DNA of 64,000 bases, taken from positions 18,937 to 82,936 of IMG/VR virus record IMGVR_UViG_3300047321_000170; one strand, given 5' to 3'. Positions 38,689-48,487 of this stretch are shown in pieces. Source of the DNA: a virus. The notes under the pieces were generated by a model. It did no database searches, had not been told where the DNA came from, and was given only the letters and a program-made list of their open reading frames with translations. The translations under genes and the position numbers were made by a program. Position 1 is the first letter of the stretch. Each line of letters starts with the position of its first letter.

Positions 38689-39369
38689 CTATTGTTGATA
38701 GACCAGGTTGTCGTCGCCGAGATACAGGTCAACATTGCCCGCGCTCTTCGCCGCCGCAGTGAGCGCGTCGCGCACGTCCTGCGGCAGCTCGTTGCGGTCC
38801 CAGAAGCCGGTGCCGTGGCCGGCGCGTGTCAGCCAGAAGTCGTGACCGGCGCGCTCGGCCGTGTAGCCGTTGACTTGCAGCGCGGCGAGCAGTTGCGGCT
38901 CTGCGAAGTCGCAGAAGTCCTTGCACTCTTCGCGAAACGTGGTACGCGTCTCGTCGGCCGGTTCGTACTCGTCGAGACTGACAGTTGTCTCGCCATCGTC
39001 ATCAACGACGACATCTGTGCTCGACCACAGCGCGGCGGTCTCGTAGCCCTGGACGAAGTCGTCGAACCACAGCTCACGCGGGGTCTCGACGATCTCGACG
39101 TTCGGGTACTCGGCGCGGACAGCCTCCAGAGCCTCCCAGCGGTCCTTGGCACGCAGGAAGAACTCCACGTCACCCTCAACCTCGACAGCCCGCCACAGCG
39201 GCTCTCCTGCGCCCCAGTACGCCCCTCCCGCGTCATAGTCGCCGTCGACGAACGGGATATGGTGGACGACGAGCTTGATCGCGCCTTCGCGATCCCCGTC
39301 AGTGTGCGTGTCGGGGCGACCCATTGGGGCGCCGCGTGCGCTGCCTACTTCGGTGAGTGCTCGGATCAT
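38689..39369 (-). CDS. Acidic early hypothetical protein
   Basis: GAPMGR, YD.GGAYWG, GHDFWLTR.GHG.GFWD motifs. Confidence 0.75.
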   Translation of the reverse strand: MIRALTEVGSARGAPMGRPDTHTDGDREGAIKLVVHHIPFVDGDYDAGGAYWGAGEPLWRAVEVEGDVEFFLRAKDRWEALEAVRAEYPNVEIVETPRELWFDDFVQGYETAALWSSTDVVVDDDGETTVSLDEYEPADETRTTFREECKDFCDFAEPQLLAALQVNGYTAERAGHDFWLTRAGHGTGFWDRNELPQDVRDALTAAAKSAGNVDLYLGDDNLVYQQ

Positions 39370-39860
39370 TGCGGGCCTCCAAGCTCGTCGGGCACGTCCA
39401 CTTCTTCGCGGAAAGTCGAGGCCACGTAGCAGCGCATGGCTGCGATCTTCGCGGTCGGTCCATACGTCACGCTGGCCACGTAGAACTGATACATCGCGTC
39501 ATGCTGCTGATGCTCGGTCGATTCGGACCAGGATTGTTGCCCGCGCTCGGCGCACCACACGGGGATACGGACATCGTTGGTATAGCCCTGCGCGTCCTTG
39601 CCCCAGTCGTCATCGCTGCGAATGATGCTGATGCCTTCGCGCTCGATGATGTCCATCGCCTGCAAGCTGTCGACGGACGGGCAGAAGCGGTGGAAGTGCG
39701 GCGCGGAGCCGGGGTGGTTCTCGCGCTCGATCCACGCTGGCGTCGTCGCTTCGACGCGGCAAATCTTCACGACACGGTCTTCCTTCCACTGCTTGTTGAG
39801 TGCAGCGGCTACAGCCCAGTCAAGCGCCGCGCCGAGCAAGTCTTTAGTTTTGATCTTCAT
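39366..39860 (-). CDS. NinX/DUF2591-like protein
   Basis: L.G.ALDWAVA..PS..IIERE.I..GPT..IAAMRCYV. Confidence 0.75.
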   Translation of the reverse strand: MKIKTKDLLGAALDWAVAAALNKQWKEDRVVKICRVEATTPAWIERENHPGSAPHFHRFCPSVDSLQAMDIIEREGISIIRSDDDWGKDAQGYTNDVRIPVWCAERGQQSWSESTEHQQHDAMYQFYVASVTYGPTAKIAAMRCYVASTFREEVDVPDELGGPQ

Positions 39861-39864
39861 GTTT

Positions 39865-40197
39865 TTAGTCCGAGTAGCGTGCTTCACGAATTCGATTGCC
39901 TTCGACGAGATCGCCCCAGCAGCCGACCGTCATGTTCAGGCCGTGAAAGAGGATCGTCGTTGCGTAGGTGTCGCCGGCATTGCAGTAGTACACGTCGTAG
40001 CCGGTGCTGCGATGCACGCCCAGGAACTCGACGCCATACGTTTCGATCAGCTTGTCGATCTGGTCGCGCGCATCTTTGCGGTTCGTGACTGTCTTCCAGA
40101 CCTTGCGCACCTGCGCGGCGATCTGAGGCGTGACATCCTTGATCTCTTGCAGCCGCTTGCTCGAAGCGGCGCGGCGGTCGTTGATGTGGGCCATCAC
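39865..40197 (-). CDS. Hypothetical protein
   Basis: YCNAGDTY.TT..WGD motif. Confidence 0.7.
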   Translation of the reverse strand: MMAHINDRRAASSKRLQEIKDVTPQIAAQVRKVWKTVTNRKDARDQIDKLIETYGVEFLGVHRSTGYDVYYCNAGDTYATTILFHGLNMTVGCWGDLVEGNRIREARYSD

Positions 40198-40427
40198 TCG
40201 CCTCGCTCGATCTTGATGATCGGATACTTCAGCGTCAGCACATCGTCGTGCTTAGTGATGATCGCGAGGGCCATGCCGACCTTGAGGTCCGGGTAATCAA
40301 GGAGGGTCGTGCCGTTCCACAGATCTGCCTGGAATGGCTGACTGTCCATGACTTTGCCGTCTTCGTCTATCGTCCAGCGGAGAAAGTCCTGGCCGTGGTC
40401 TTCGAACTCAATGCGGGTGGTAGTCAT
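40194..40427 (-). CDS. Hypothetical protein
   Basis: FEDHGQDFL.W..PFQ motif. Confidence 0.65.
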   Translation of the reverse strand: MTTTRIEFEDHGQDFLRWTIDEDGKVMDSQPFQADLWNGTTLLDYPDLKVGMALAIITKHDDVLTLKYPIIKIERGE

Positions 40428-40726
40428 CACTCGTCGTCCTCGTCTTTGACGGGGACCATGCGCTTGCCGGCGAAGTGCTCGTCGAGCGTCGCCTTCACTT
40501 CCTTCGCGGCGTCGCGCCAGGCAAGCGGGTGGATAAGGCCGTTGTTGCCGATCTGCTCGACGGCTTCTTCGTCGGTCAGCTTGGCGACTTTGTCGGCGTG
40601 CTTCGCCAGCGCGTCCATGATGAAGAGCTGGGAGATAGGACCGCACTTCGCGAATTCCATCAACTCGGTGATGGTCTCAGTGTTCGTTGCGTTACGCATT
40701 TGCTTTTGCTTTTGCTTCTTGGCCAT
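40427..40726 (-). CDS. Hypothetical protein
   Basis: Start MAKKQ; leader has a 14-nt match to the predicted sRNA loop. Confidence 0.65.
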   Translation of the reverse strand: MAKKQKQKQMRNATNTETITELMEFAKCGPISQLFIMDALAKHADKVAKLTDEEAVEQIGNNGLIHPLAWRDAAKEVKATLDEHFAGKRMVPVKDEDDE

Positions 40727-40777
40727 GATTACTCTGTGGTGGTGAGTGAGTGATGATGGAATGTTCAAAGTTAACAT

Positions 40778-41005
40778 TCAGAAGAGCTGGATTTCAGCTC
40801 CGTGCAGCTTGTGTTGCAGGCACTGCTGTGTAGCCCACTGCTCGGTTTCTTCGAGCGTGAACCAGTCGCGGCGACGCGTCTCGCGGCAATAGTCGCGGAT
40901 GACTCCATCGTTGTTCTTGATCTTGAACACGACTTGCCAGTTATTGTTCTTCCGCCATTCGGCGGTCAGGTCTTCGTCGGTGAAGCGACGTGTGATTTCA
41001 GGCAT
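40778..41005 (-). CDS. Hypothetical protein
   Basis: AGGAG SD. Confidence 0.6.
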   Translation of the reverse strand: MPEITRRFTDEDLTAEWRKNNNWQVVFKIKNNDGVIRDYCRETRRRDWFTLEETEQWATQQCLQHKLHGAEIQLF

Positions 41006-41013
41006 GTTCGCTC

Positions 41014-41307
41014 CTAGTCGTTCCAGACGAGATAACGCTGGGCGCAATTGCCACAGGTTTCGAGGCTGGGACTGTTCCCCTCCGGGCTGATGACGTGAGG
41101 TAGAGTCCGAGCGCCACACAGCAGGCACGTTGTCGGCTGATCCCCGGCGAGTATGTCGCGCACAGGCTCATTCGATCTGTTGGCGCGGTCGGACAGGTCC
41201 TTGCCAAGGGCACGTTGCCGGTCCATCGAGGTCTTGCTCCACGTATGGTCGGCGGGTAGCTCAGGACGCCGTGTCAGGCTTAGCAGCTTCTTGATCCAGT
41301 TCTTCAC
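41014..41307 (-). CDS. Hypothetical Zn-finger protein
   Basis: CLLC..CGNC. Confidence 0.55.
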   Translation of the reverse strand: MKNWIKKLLSLTRRPELPADHTWSKTSMDRQRALGKDLSDRANRSNEPVRDILAGDQPTTCLLCGARTLPHVISPEGNSPSLETCGNCAQRYLVWND

Positions 41308-41549
41308 TTCTTCCCCTCAAGTTGAACAGTCAGACACTCGTCATACTTCTTGCCGAGATAGTGGAACGCGCGACCGCGCGTCCACTTCGTTCGCACACGC
41401 CACCAACGGCTGTTCCACAGCACGAGGTAGTACGGCTCTTCTTGCTCGTTCACGGGCAAGATGTATTGCACCTGGACGCGTGTTGTGCAGAAGCTGTCGA
41501 ACGAAGTGCCGTCGAGCGTGCGGCACTTCGTATGAACCCAGGCTTTCAT
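41304..41549 (-). CDS. Hypothetical protein
   Basis: Coupled ORF. Confidence 0.5.
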   Translation of the reverse strand: MKAWVHTKCRTLDGTSFDSFCTTRVQVQYILPVNEQEEPYYLVLWNSRWWRVRTKWTRGRAFHYLGKKYDECLTVQLEGKK

Positions 41550-41890
41550 GCGCGCACCCAATAGGTCTCGTCGCTGAAGCTGACTTCCTTGTAGTCCTGC
41601 TTCAGCGCGTCAGCGGCTTTGGTCCAGTCGATGTAGTCATACGGCCAGCCGCTGACATTGCCCATGCCCGAGGCGTAGTCTTCGCACCACTTCTCAAAGT
41701 GGTGGTCAGCGATCAGGGTCCACTCATCGCAGCTCCCGGTTGCGCTGTCGCCTTCGTCGAGCAGATCCGTCAGGTCTTTCAGAAGCTGCGCGTCATTTCC
41801 GTCACACGTCTCCTTGACCTGATCGGCCTGCTCACCAATCGCGGCGATGATGTCGCTGCGAGTGATGATTCGTTGTCCGGTGTCGATCAT
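41546..41890 (-). CDS. Acidic protein, possible antirestriction/DNA mimic
   Basis: WP..YIDW.KAA..L.QDY, resembling the ArdA C-terminal motif. Confidence 0.55.
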   Translation of the reverse strand: MIDTGQRIITRSDIIAAIGEQADQVKETCDGNDAQLLKDLTDLLDEGDSATGSCDEWTLIADHHFEKWCEDYASGMGNVSGWPYDYIDWTKAADALKQDYKEVSFSDETYWVRA

Positions 41891-42378
41891 TTCGATTCCC
41901 CGTTGAGAATGCGTACAGCCTTGTTGTATTCGACGCGCTCCGGTGCCCACTCTTCGTAGGGCTCTTCAAAGCGCGGCTTGAGCTGGTCGAGCGCCCACGT
42001 CAGCACCTGTTCGAGCTGCCAGATCCGATAGCGCAGCTGCTCCTTCTCGCTCTCTTCGCGTTCGAGCGTGTGCCGCACAGACTCGGCCTCTTCCTTCGTC
42101 AGGAACTCGTCGCTGTACACGCCACCGCCGCGATGGCGGCTGACGCGGAAGCGTGGTATCGAACCTTCACGCTGCAACGTCTCGACAACAAACGGGCAAT
42201 GGTTATACGTCGCCGGCTTGAGCTTCGACTGGAACTTGTGCTCGCGGTTGACGCACTCGACGATGTGCTTCGCGTCGGCCTCTTCCATGTCGCTCGCGAC
42301 CAGCATGTCGTTGGCGTCGAAGATCTGGCTGTAGTTGCCTTTTGCTGCCCAGTTCCAAGGCAGCTTCTTCACTTCCAT
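41887..42378 (-). CDS. Hypothetical protein
   Basis: GGAGG SD; PW..DA..IV.CVN motif. Confidence 0.65.
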   Translation of the reverse strand: MEVKKLPWNWAAKGNYSQIFDANDMLVASDMEEADAKHIVECVNREHKFQSKLKPATYNHCPFVVETLQREGSIPRFRVSRHRGGGVYSDEFLTKEEAESVRHTLEREESEKEQLRYRIWQLEQVLTWALDQLKPRFEEPYEEWAPERVEYNKAVRILNGESK

Positions 42379-42746
42379 ATTTCCTCCAATTGGTCTTTGT
42401 AGATCTCAAGGATTGCGGCGTGATTCTTGATGTCGCCTTCCTTGTACACGTAGCGGATCAGCTCCTTGATCATCCGCATGTCATGGATCAAGGAGCTGTA
42501 ATAGTCGGGACCGTTGTCGCTGAAGCGGGCGCCTGTGCAGATGCCCGCGTTTCCATCGAAGTGCAGCCGCAGCACATAGCACTCGACCTCTTCACCTTTG
42601 AAGTACGACAGGCGATCCCACGGGCCGACGATCAGCCGGTCGGCCGCGATGAAGCGCTCCATGACTTCGGTCTTCACCTTGATCATTCGATCCGTGTTGT
42701 GATGCGGCTCGAACTTCCACTCGCGACCGAACTTGTCCGTGTGCAT
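42369..42746 (-). CDS. Hypothetical protein
   Basis: ORF in tight early cluster. Confidence 0.65.
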   Translation of the reverse strand: MHTDKFGREWKFEPHHNTDRMIKVKTEVMERFIAADRLIVGPWDRLSYFKGEEVECYVLRLHFDGNAGICTGARFSDNGPDYYSSLIHDMRMIKELIRYVYKEGDIKNHAAILEIYKDQLEEIWK

Positions 42747-42747
42747 G

Positions 42748-43065
42748 TCACTCCTCCTTCAGGATGAAGCCGCAGTAAGCGGTGTCTTTCACGATGATCG
42801 CCGGGTGGCCGTAGCCTTCCGGCCCGCTCGTCGTCGCTTCGAGCGTGTGATCGGCCCAGCGCTGCCAGCCAGTTAGCTCTTGCGAGGTCTCGTAAGACTC
42901 CTGATCGACGAACTCGATGGTCAACGTGTGCAGCCACTCGAAGTGGAAGATGCCGTTGATTTCGAAGCTCTTGTCTTTCGCCGCGTCGTTGATAGCGTCA
43001 GACTCGGCTTCAGTCAGGCCTTGAGGGTACGGGAACGGGTAGCCGTTCAGAAGGATCAGCCGCAT
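42748..43065 (-). CDS. Hypothetical protein
   Basis: ORF in tight early cluster. Confidence 0.65.
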   Translation of the reverse strand: MRLILLNGYPFPYPQGLTEAESDAINDAAKDKSFEINGIFHFEWLHTLTIEFVDQESYETSQELTGWQRWADHTLEATTSGPEGYGHPAIIVKDTAYCGFILKEE

Positions 43066-43433
43066 GATTCGTTGTTCTCCTCTTCATACTTCAACCACAC
43101 CCACGCTTGCACGAAGCAGCCTTCGTCACCACGCGAGACGAGTGCACCATCGTCGATCTCGATGTTGTCGTCGGAGCCAATCGCATAATTGTCGCGAGCG
43201 GCCTCGATCTCGGCGGGCGTCGCGCGCTCTTCTTCAGGCTTCACGATGTAAGCCATCGTGTCGCACTCAGGGCAGCGGCCGGCCGGCGACGGATCACCAG
43301 GCGTGAGCGAACAGTCGTCGATGTCCTTGAGATCGGAGAACACGCCTTTCCAGTCGCAGTCATCACAATGGCAACGAGCGTCGTCCGCGATGCCGTCGAT
43401 GGACGCGGTGTAGGTGAAAAATCGATCGCTCAT
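43056..43433 (-). CDS. Acidic Zn-binding hypothetical protein
   Basis: CDDC.W..P.G.CPEC. Confidence 0.65.
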   Translation of the reverse strand: MSDRFFTYTASIDGIADDARCHCDDCDWKGVFSDLKDIDDCSLTPGDPSPAGRCPECDTMAYIVKPEEERATPAEIEAARDNYAIGSDDNIEIDDGALVSRGDEGCFVQAWVWLKYEEENNESCG

Positions 43434-43912
43434 AGGTATTTCCTTTTCACTGCTTCAACAACACGATCACAGGTCGCCACGTCGAACCATCCGATGTGGC
43501 ATACATCGACGCTTGCGAGGCCCAGCATCTTGGCGAGCCAGGCATAGGCCTCCTTGCGCGTCATCAAGCGTGTCTGCCACAGCGGGTTGAATGCCGCCTT
43601 CGCTCGCTTGCGTGCCTCGCGTGTCGGCGCATCGGCGAGAGTGCCCAGTGGTATTCCGGTGAACGGGTGCAGCCCTACATACGCGCCGCATCCGCCGCAC
43701 AGAAACGCCCAAGGCCATTCGCCGTAGGGTCGGCCGTAGATCTCCTCGTTGTTGACGATCGAGACACTGCCAGGGCAGTACGGACAGGTCGTGGGCTGCG
43801 GCAACGGGTTCGTGACTCGTGCCGTCGCGCGCCGAGACGGATTCCACGGCGTCTTGCCACCGCTTGCGCGGTCAAACGCTTCTTGCATCGCGTTCATGGT
43901 CAGTGCGTTCAT
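43430..43912 (-). CDS. DUF3268-like zinc-finger protein
   Basis: CPYC..IYG..C..C.AYVG.H..PLGTLAD..CHIG.F. Confidence 0.8.
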   Translation of the reverse strand: MNALTMNAMQEAFDRASGGKTPWNPSRRATARVTNPLPQPTTCPYCPGSVSIVNNEEIYGRPYGEWPWAFLCGGCGAYVGLHPFTGIPLGTLADAPTREARKRAKAAFNPLWQTRLMTRKEAYAWLAKMLGLASVDVCHIGWFDVATCDRVVEAVKRKYL

Positions 43913-44178
43913 CCGTTGAGCCTCGCGTTGTCGTAGGCGAAGCTCTGCGCGTCGTCGATGTCCGTGTTGAACGGACAGATCACTTCGTAGACGCTGACGG
44001 AGTAGCCAGCACGGTGGTCGATGTTGGCCTGCTCGTCACGGTCATCGACAAACGAGAACAGCTTGACGACGAGATCGCCGTTGTTGCGGTTCTTCGACTC
44101 GACCGCGTGGAAGATGACGGTCTCGTCACTGCGCATGTCTATCGCCGAGAGCTTGGCGATGTAGCGGTTGAGGCTCAT
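43909..44178 (-). CDS. Hypothetical protein
   Basis: GAGGAG SD; coupled. Confidence 0.6.
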   Translation of the reverse strand: MSLNRYIAKLSAIDMRSDETVIFHAVESKNRNNGDLVVKLFSFVDDRDEQANIDHRAGYSVSVYEVICPFNTDIDDAQSFAYDNARLNG

Positions 44179-44411
44179 GCCTGCTCCTCGATAAGTGCAG
44201 GACTGCACGTATCGACGTGCTCGTCGGTGTGGAAGATGACTTCAACGCGTTGCATACGCGCGACGAAGAACTCTTTCTGGACGTAGCCGCTGCCGCCCTT
44301 GTTTGCTTCCTGCTTGGCGTGGGCGATCGCGTTCTTCGAAGATGCGAACTCACGCGCTCGATAAGCACCCGTCTTGGTGGTGATGCGGGTGCGATAGATC
44401 GGTTTGCTCAT
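44175..44411 (-). CDS. Hypothetical protein
   Basis: Coupled ORF. Confidence 0.6.
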   Translation of the reverse strand: MSKPIYRTRITTKTGAYRAREFASSKNAIAHAKQEANKGGSGYVQKEFFVARMQRVEVIFHTDEHVDTCSPALIEEQA

Positions 44412-44611
44412 GACGTTTTGTTTTCCAGTTGCTCGATGCGTTTCAGCGCCTGTTCGAGTCTTGATTCAAGTTGACCGACATAGTCGGCGAGCCAGAGCAC
44501 ACCTTCCTGAGTCTGTGCAATGCGCTCGCCTTCAGTGAGGTCACGTATGGTCACAGTGAGGACGCCGCCCGTGAGCGGATCACGGGCGCGACCTCTGCGT
44601 TCGCGGGGCAT
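44408..44611 (-). CDS. Hypothetical protein
   Basis: Coupled ORF. Confidence 0.55.
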   Translation of the reverse strand: MPRERRGRARDPLTGGVLTVTIRDLTEGERIAQTQEGVLWLADYVGQLESRLEQALKRIEQLENKTS

Positions 44612-44613
44612 GC

Positions 44614-45177
44614 TCAGTCATCCGTCATAACGTCGCGCTCGGCCCAGAACTGAGCTTTAGCGGCTTCATGCGCGTCTTCTTCAGCCTCGCGCTTCTCTTC
44701 TTCCTTCGCCTGATACTCGCGCTCGCGATCCGCAGCGTGTTCAGCCATGCTGTCCGCGGCGTAGGCCGCTGACATCTCTTCGTCGTAGACGTGGTAGCTG
44801 ACCTCACTAGCCATACCCTCGCCCATGCTCCAACCTGCAAGCCATCCGCGACCATGTGGCAACGCCAGCACTAGGCCGCGGATCTTCGCGTCCTGATAGT
44901 CATCGCAGTACCAGCCGGTGTGGTGGATTCGCGTAGCAATGTCGTCGCACCACTTCCAGCGCAGCTGGAACGGATTGCCGCCGCTGTCGGACAGGTAGAA
45001 GCCGATACCATCGGTGTTGTTGGGCGTCGGCGATCCGTAGTAGCCGCTCGTGCAGCAGCGCTTTGCTTCTTGCACGCGCTTCGGCAGCGGGCCGCGCGGA
45101 AGCGACCATTGCCACTTCGGGAAGTTGAAACCTGCGAACGTGAACTCGGTCTCGAGTTTTCGTGTCATCGACTTCAT
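44614..45177 (-). CDS. Hypothetical protein
   Basis: HTGWY.D..RG.V..LPHG motif. Confidence 0.7.
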   Translation of the reverse strand: MKSMTRKLETEFTFAGFNFPKWQWSLPRGPLPKRVQEAKRCCTSGYYGSPTPNNTDGIGFYLSDSGGNPFQLRWKWCDDIATRIHHTGWYCDDYQDAKIRGLVLALPHGRGWLAGWSMGEGMASEVSYHVYDEEMSAAYAADSMAEHAADREREYQAKEEEKREAEEDAHEAAKAQFWAERDVMTDD

Positions 45178-45470
45178 CGCGCCACTCCATTCGCCGAGTA
45201 CAAGGCCTCCGACAGATCCCCTCCGTACAGGGTGGGGTTCTTTGTGTTAAAGCCAGGCGGTCGGCGGTCGCTGCGATTGCGCATAGAGAGAAACGCAGCA
45301 TGACCGCGCACTTCGGATGCACTGATCTCGGCGCGCTTTGCCAACGCGTCAGAAAACGTGCCGACGAACTCGTCGTTGTAATAGGTTCGCGAGCCCATCG
45401 CGATAGCGACAGATCCGATCTCCTGCTTTGCCGGGTAGAGGGTGATGCGGAACTGGTAGGTCTTAGCCAT
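45174..45470 (-). CDS. Hypothetical protein
   Basis: Coupled ORF. Confidence 0.55.
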   Translation of the reverse strand: MAKTYQFRITLYPAKQEIGSVAIAMGSRTYYNDEFVGTFSDALAKRAEISASEVRGHAAFLSMRNRSDRRPPGFNTKNPTLYGGDLSEALYSANGVAR

Positions 45471-45828
45471 TCTGGTTCCCCTCTTCTTCCTCGGATAACT
45501 GGACGCCCAACTTCTTCGCCAGATCCAGCGCTTTCTCGCGGATCTCAACCGTGCTCAACGGCGCCGTGTAGTTGTTGAACTCGCCATTGCGGCTGTAGCA
45601 GTCAAGCAGCTCGGCCATGAAGTCAGCGAGTTCGCCGAGCACGTCATCAGCGCACACGGCTTCGATGTCAGCGATTCGCGCGGTCATCTCTACGCGATCC
45701 TCGTCCGTGTAGTGACGCCGCTCTTCATTCTCCATGCGTGACAGGTCGTCGCGCAGCGAGGCCAGCAGTTCCTCCTGCATGTAAGAATGAGCTTCACTGA
45801 CGCTCGCAAAAAATTGAAGTGCAGTCAT
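45463..45828 (-). CDS. Acidic hypothetical protein
   Basis: GGAG SD. Confidence 0.65.
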   Translation of the reverse strand: MTALQFFASVSEAHSYMQEELLASLRDDLSRMENEERRHYTDEDRVEMTARIADIEAVCADDVLGELADFMAELLDCYSRNGEFNNYTAPLSTVEIREKALDLAKKLGVQLSEEEEGNQNG

Positions 45829-45934
45829 GGTTTAACTCCCGGCCCGAGTTCGGCCCAATCCGTGATCAAGTGATAGTTGCATTCGCAGACCCAGCCTTCG
45901 CTGAGGCTGACGCCGCAGCAGCACGGGTTGTACT

Positions 45935-46312
45935 TCAGTCGCTTTTCTGGCAGCTGTCGCACTTCCCGATCTGCGAGTCTTCGAGGGGTTCGTTGCAGTC
46001 GTCGCAGTGCTCGCGCGAGGACTCGTCGGAGCCGTACGCTGATTGAATCTTTTCGTTTGTATGAGCGCATGTAAGCTCCGTGTCTTCCCAATTGATGTCC
46101 ATCGCGATCACGAACCAACCGCTGCTTTTGTCGCGGGTGATGATCGCGTCCCGAATCAAGTCCGCGTTTTCCTGTGCTGCCTTGAACGACAGAGGTTCAC
46201 AGTCGTGGCAAAGGAAGTAATGCGGGTAGCCACCGGGCCATGCGTATGGCCCGATGTCCAGCGCCTTGTTGAAGTCAAAGACGTGGCGGATGTTCATGTC
46301 GACCTTCTCCAA
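45935..46312 (-). CDS. Hypothetical Cys-rich protein
   Basis: YAWPGGYP..NWED..I.SAY motif. Confidence 0.65.
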   Translation of the reverse strand: MEKVDMNIRHVFDFNKALDIGPYAWPGGYPHYFLCHDCEPLSFKAAQENADLIRDAIITRDKSSGWFVIAMDINWEDTELTCAHTNEKIQSAYGSDESSREHCDDCNEPLEDSQIGKCDSCQKSD

Positions 46313-46414
46313 TACGACCAGCCATAGCCGCGCTGCACACGACAGTGCAGCGTGTTAGAGAACCCGCCGCGTTCGTAGAACTCGCGGCGGCTGATTCGCA
46401 GGTAACCGAGCACG

Positions 46415-46723
46415 TCAGTGGCTGGTGTAGATGACCGAACCTTCGAACTGCGCATCGACCGTGACCTTCCCGTTGTAGTCACGGCGAACGTTCCAGATGG
46501 TGGCGCCGGTTTCGATCTCGAATTCGCGCAGCATGGCTTCCATCTTCAGGCCGAGCAGTTGAGCTGCGGTCTTGATCTCACGAGCGTGGTACGGAGCAGG
46601 CGCTTCGTTCTTGACTATCGTGAGCGCCGGTTGGGTGTTGGGTGTATCTGCGCTGTAGGCTTCGACGAGAGCGTCGGCAGCGGATTGTTGTGCGGGGCCA
46701 GCGTTGACGGTGGTGGTCGTCAT
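46415..46723 (-). CDS. Hypothetical protein
   Basis: GAGGA SD. Confidence 0.65.
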   Translation of the reverse strand: MTTTTVNAGPAQQSAADALVEAYSADTPNTQPALTIVKNEAPAPYHAREIKTAAQLLGLKMEAMLREFEIETGATIWNVRRDYNGKVTVDAQFEGSVIYTSH

Positions 46724-46740
46724 GATTTGATCCTCAAAAT

Positions 46741-46755
46741 GTGCAGTGACTGCAC
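46741..46755. promoter_or_regulatory. Palindrome, family B
   Basis: GTGCAG-TGA-CTGCAC. Confidence 0.55.
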
Positions 46756-46781
46756 GTTGTGGTGGTGAAGGTGAAACGTGT

Positions 46782-46973
46782 TTAGTCCGGGGCGTGGCTG
46801 TACTTCTCGAACAGTTCGGGCCAGGTCTGTTCGATCTTTCGACGGTTGGTGGAATCAGCGACGGTGTAAATGTCGCCGAGCTTGGAAGAGAAGCCGCTGC
46901 CGTGGCGCATCATCTTTTGGGCGATGGTCGTCTTCTCTTCCGCTGTCATGTCATCGACAAAGCGCCGGGTCAT
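46782..46973 (-). CDS. Hypothetical protein
   Basis: GSGF...L...AD.TN...I...WPE motif. Confidence 0.65.
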   Translation of the reverse strand: MTRRFVDDMTAEEKTTIAQKMMRHGSGFSSKLGDIYTVADSTNRRKIEQTWPELFEKYSHAPD

Positions 46974-47428
46974 TGCTTGTTCTCCTTGCGCAGCTTTGCT
47001 GCTTTACGTGCGCGCTTCGCTTTAGCTGCTGCGATGCGCTCAAGATCGTGGTGTGTGAGTGGCGGCTCGACATAAGTCGTTGCCTTGACCGAACGGTCGC
47101 GCGGCTTCAGCAGACGGTCGATGACTGACAGATCCGGCAACACAGGCAAAGCCATCTCGTCGAGCAGCACTGTCTTGCCACCTTCAAAGCCCAAGCGCAC
47201 AGCCTCAAGCGAGCTGCGATAGCGCGGACCAGCGCCGACGACGATGGGATCATCACGGCGCACCACATCAACGTCGATGCCTTGGGCCTTGAAGTCTTTG
47301 ACGATGCCTTCGAACAGCTGCTCCTGATCTGCGAAGATTGCGATTCGGGTCTCACGCCGCAAATCTTGCAGTTCACCGACTGGCTCGCCGTCGATGTAGG
47401 CTTGAAAACGAACGTTGTTGTCGCTCAT
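46970..47428 (-). CDS. Hypothetical protein
   Basis: Coupled ORF; basic C-terminus. Confidence 0.65.
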   Translation of the reverse strand: MSDNNVRFQAYIDGEPVGELQDLRRETRIAIFADQEQLFEGIVKDFKAQGIDVDVVRRDDPIVVGAGPRYRSSLEAVRLGFEGGKTVLLDEMALPVLPDLSVIDRLLKPRDRSVKATTYVEPPLTHHDLERIAAAKAKRARKAAKLRKENKQ

Positions 47429-47648
47429 GCTGTTAGTCCTTTCCCATTGAGCGCCTTGACCACACGTTCATCGCCTGAGCGTGTGATGCAATCAAGGTCA
47501 TCCGTGTAACCAAGTCGGCGAAGGCGCTCGAAGTCGTGGCTCGCGGTGCCGCACACAACCGCGCTAACGGGCGAACCTCGATACAGCGCCATGAGGATAA
47601 TCATCTGGTTACAGGTGAGTCGTAAGTCGCTCACGTCGCTCACGTCGC

Positions 47649-47918
47649 TCACGTCGCCACCGCTTCTTCCACGGTGTACGTGTAGCGTGCCGAGCCGAGC
47701 TTGCCGTCCATCGCGATGACGATCCCGCATTGCGCAGCGAGACGATCGATGAAGTCTTCGAAGCTGTAGAAGTTGCGCGTATCCACGTTCTCGATCATGA
47801 GTTCTTCGAGCACAACGTGAATAGCGGGGCCAGCGTAGGAAACTCGCTTCTTCATATCCGCGATCATGTCGCCGAAGAAGTGGAAGTAACCGATCTCTTC
47901 TTTCGTGGTGGTGGACAC
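47649..47918 (-). CDS. Hypothetical protein
   Basis: AAGGA SD, GTG start. Confidence 0.55.
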   Translation of the reverse strand: MSTTTKEEIGYFHFFGDMIADMKKRVSYAGPAIHVVLEELMIENVDTRNFYSFEDFIDRLAAQCGIVIAMDGKLGSARYTYTVEEAVAT

Positions 47919-47935
47919 GAGTTCTTGATCCTTTG

Positions 47936-48247
47936 TTAGTGGTGAGTGATTCGCAGCTTTGGAATGACAGCGTCATTCGCGGCCGGCGCTTCGAACTTCT
48001 TCCAGCGCTCAACCTTGGGGATCGGGCAACGCTTCTGCACGACACGCACGATGCGCGCTGCTACCTCGCGCTCTTCGGGAGTGAGCCTGTCGAACCCTTT
48101 GCCGGTGCGAACGTCGCACATAGCCAGTGGATAGCTGGTTGGGAGCGCGAAAAACGCTTGATACAAGACGATGATCTCGACCTCCATCATCTCTTCCTCA
48201 GTCATTCCAAGCACTTTCAACACGAGCTGCGGGTTGGGGTTTGCCAT
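47936..48247 (-). CDS. Hypothetical protein
   Basis: AGGAGG SD. Confidence 0.65.
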   Translation of the reverse strand: MANPNPQLVLKVLGMTEEEMMEVEIIVLYQAFFALPTSYPLAMCDVRTGKGFDRLTPEEREVAARIVRVVQKRCPIPKVERWKKFEAPAANDAVIPKLRITHH

Positions 48248-48269
48248 GCTCCCTCCTAAGTTCGAAAAC

Positions 48270-48473
48270 CTACGAGCTACGACGAACGACTATCTTGTCG
48301 TCGAACTTGTCGTGGGTGATCAGGGTTTCGCGCACGTATTGAGCCGTGCAGTTGCGGTTGTAATAGACGGTGTCAATCTTCTCGACACCAAGAAACACAT
48401 CCCAGCCGATATGTGCAGTGGCTGCACTTACCTGCTGGCCTCGAACCAGTGAAAGCGATTTGCGAAGCATCAT
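48270..48473 (-). CDS. Hypothetical protein
   Basis: IDTVYY..YVR.TL..HD motif. Confidence 0.6.
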   Translation of the reverse strand: MMLRKSLSLVRGQQVSAATAHIGWDVFLGVEKIDTVYYNRNCTAQYVRETLITHDKFDDKIVVRRSS

Positions 48474-48487
48474 GTTGGACTGGTCTC

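Noticed and set aside
47626-47657. 9-bp tandem repeat GTCGCTCAC x3
   Set aside because: Short in-frame microsatellite at a gene junction with no further structure.
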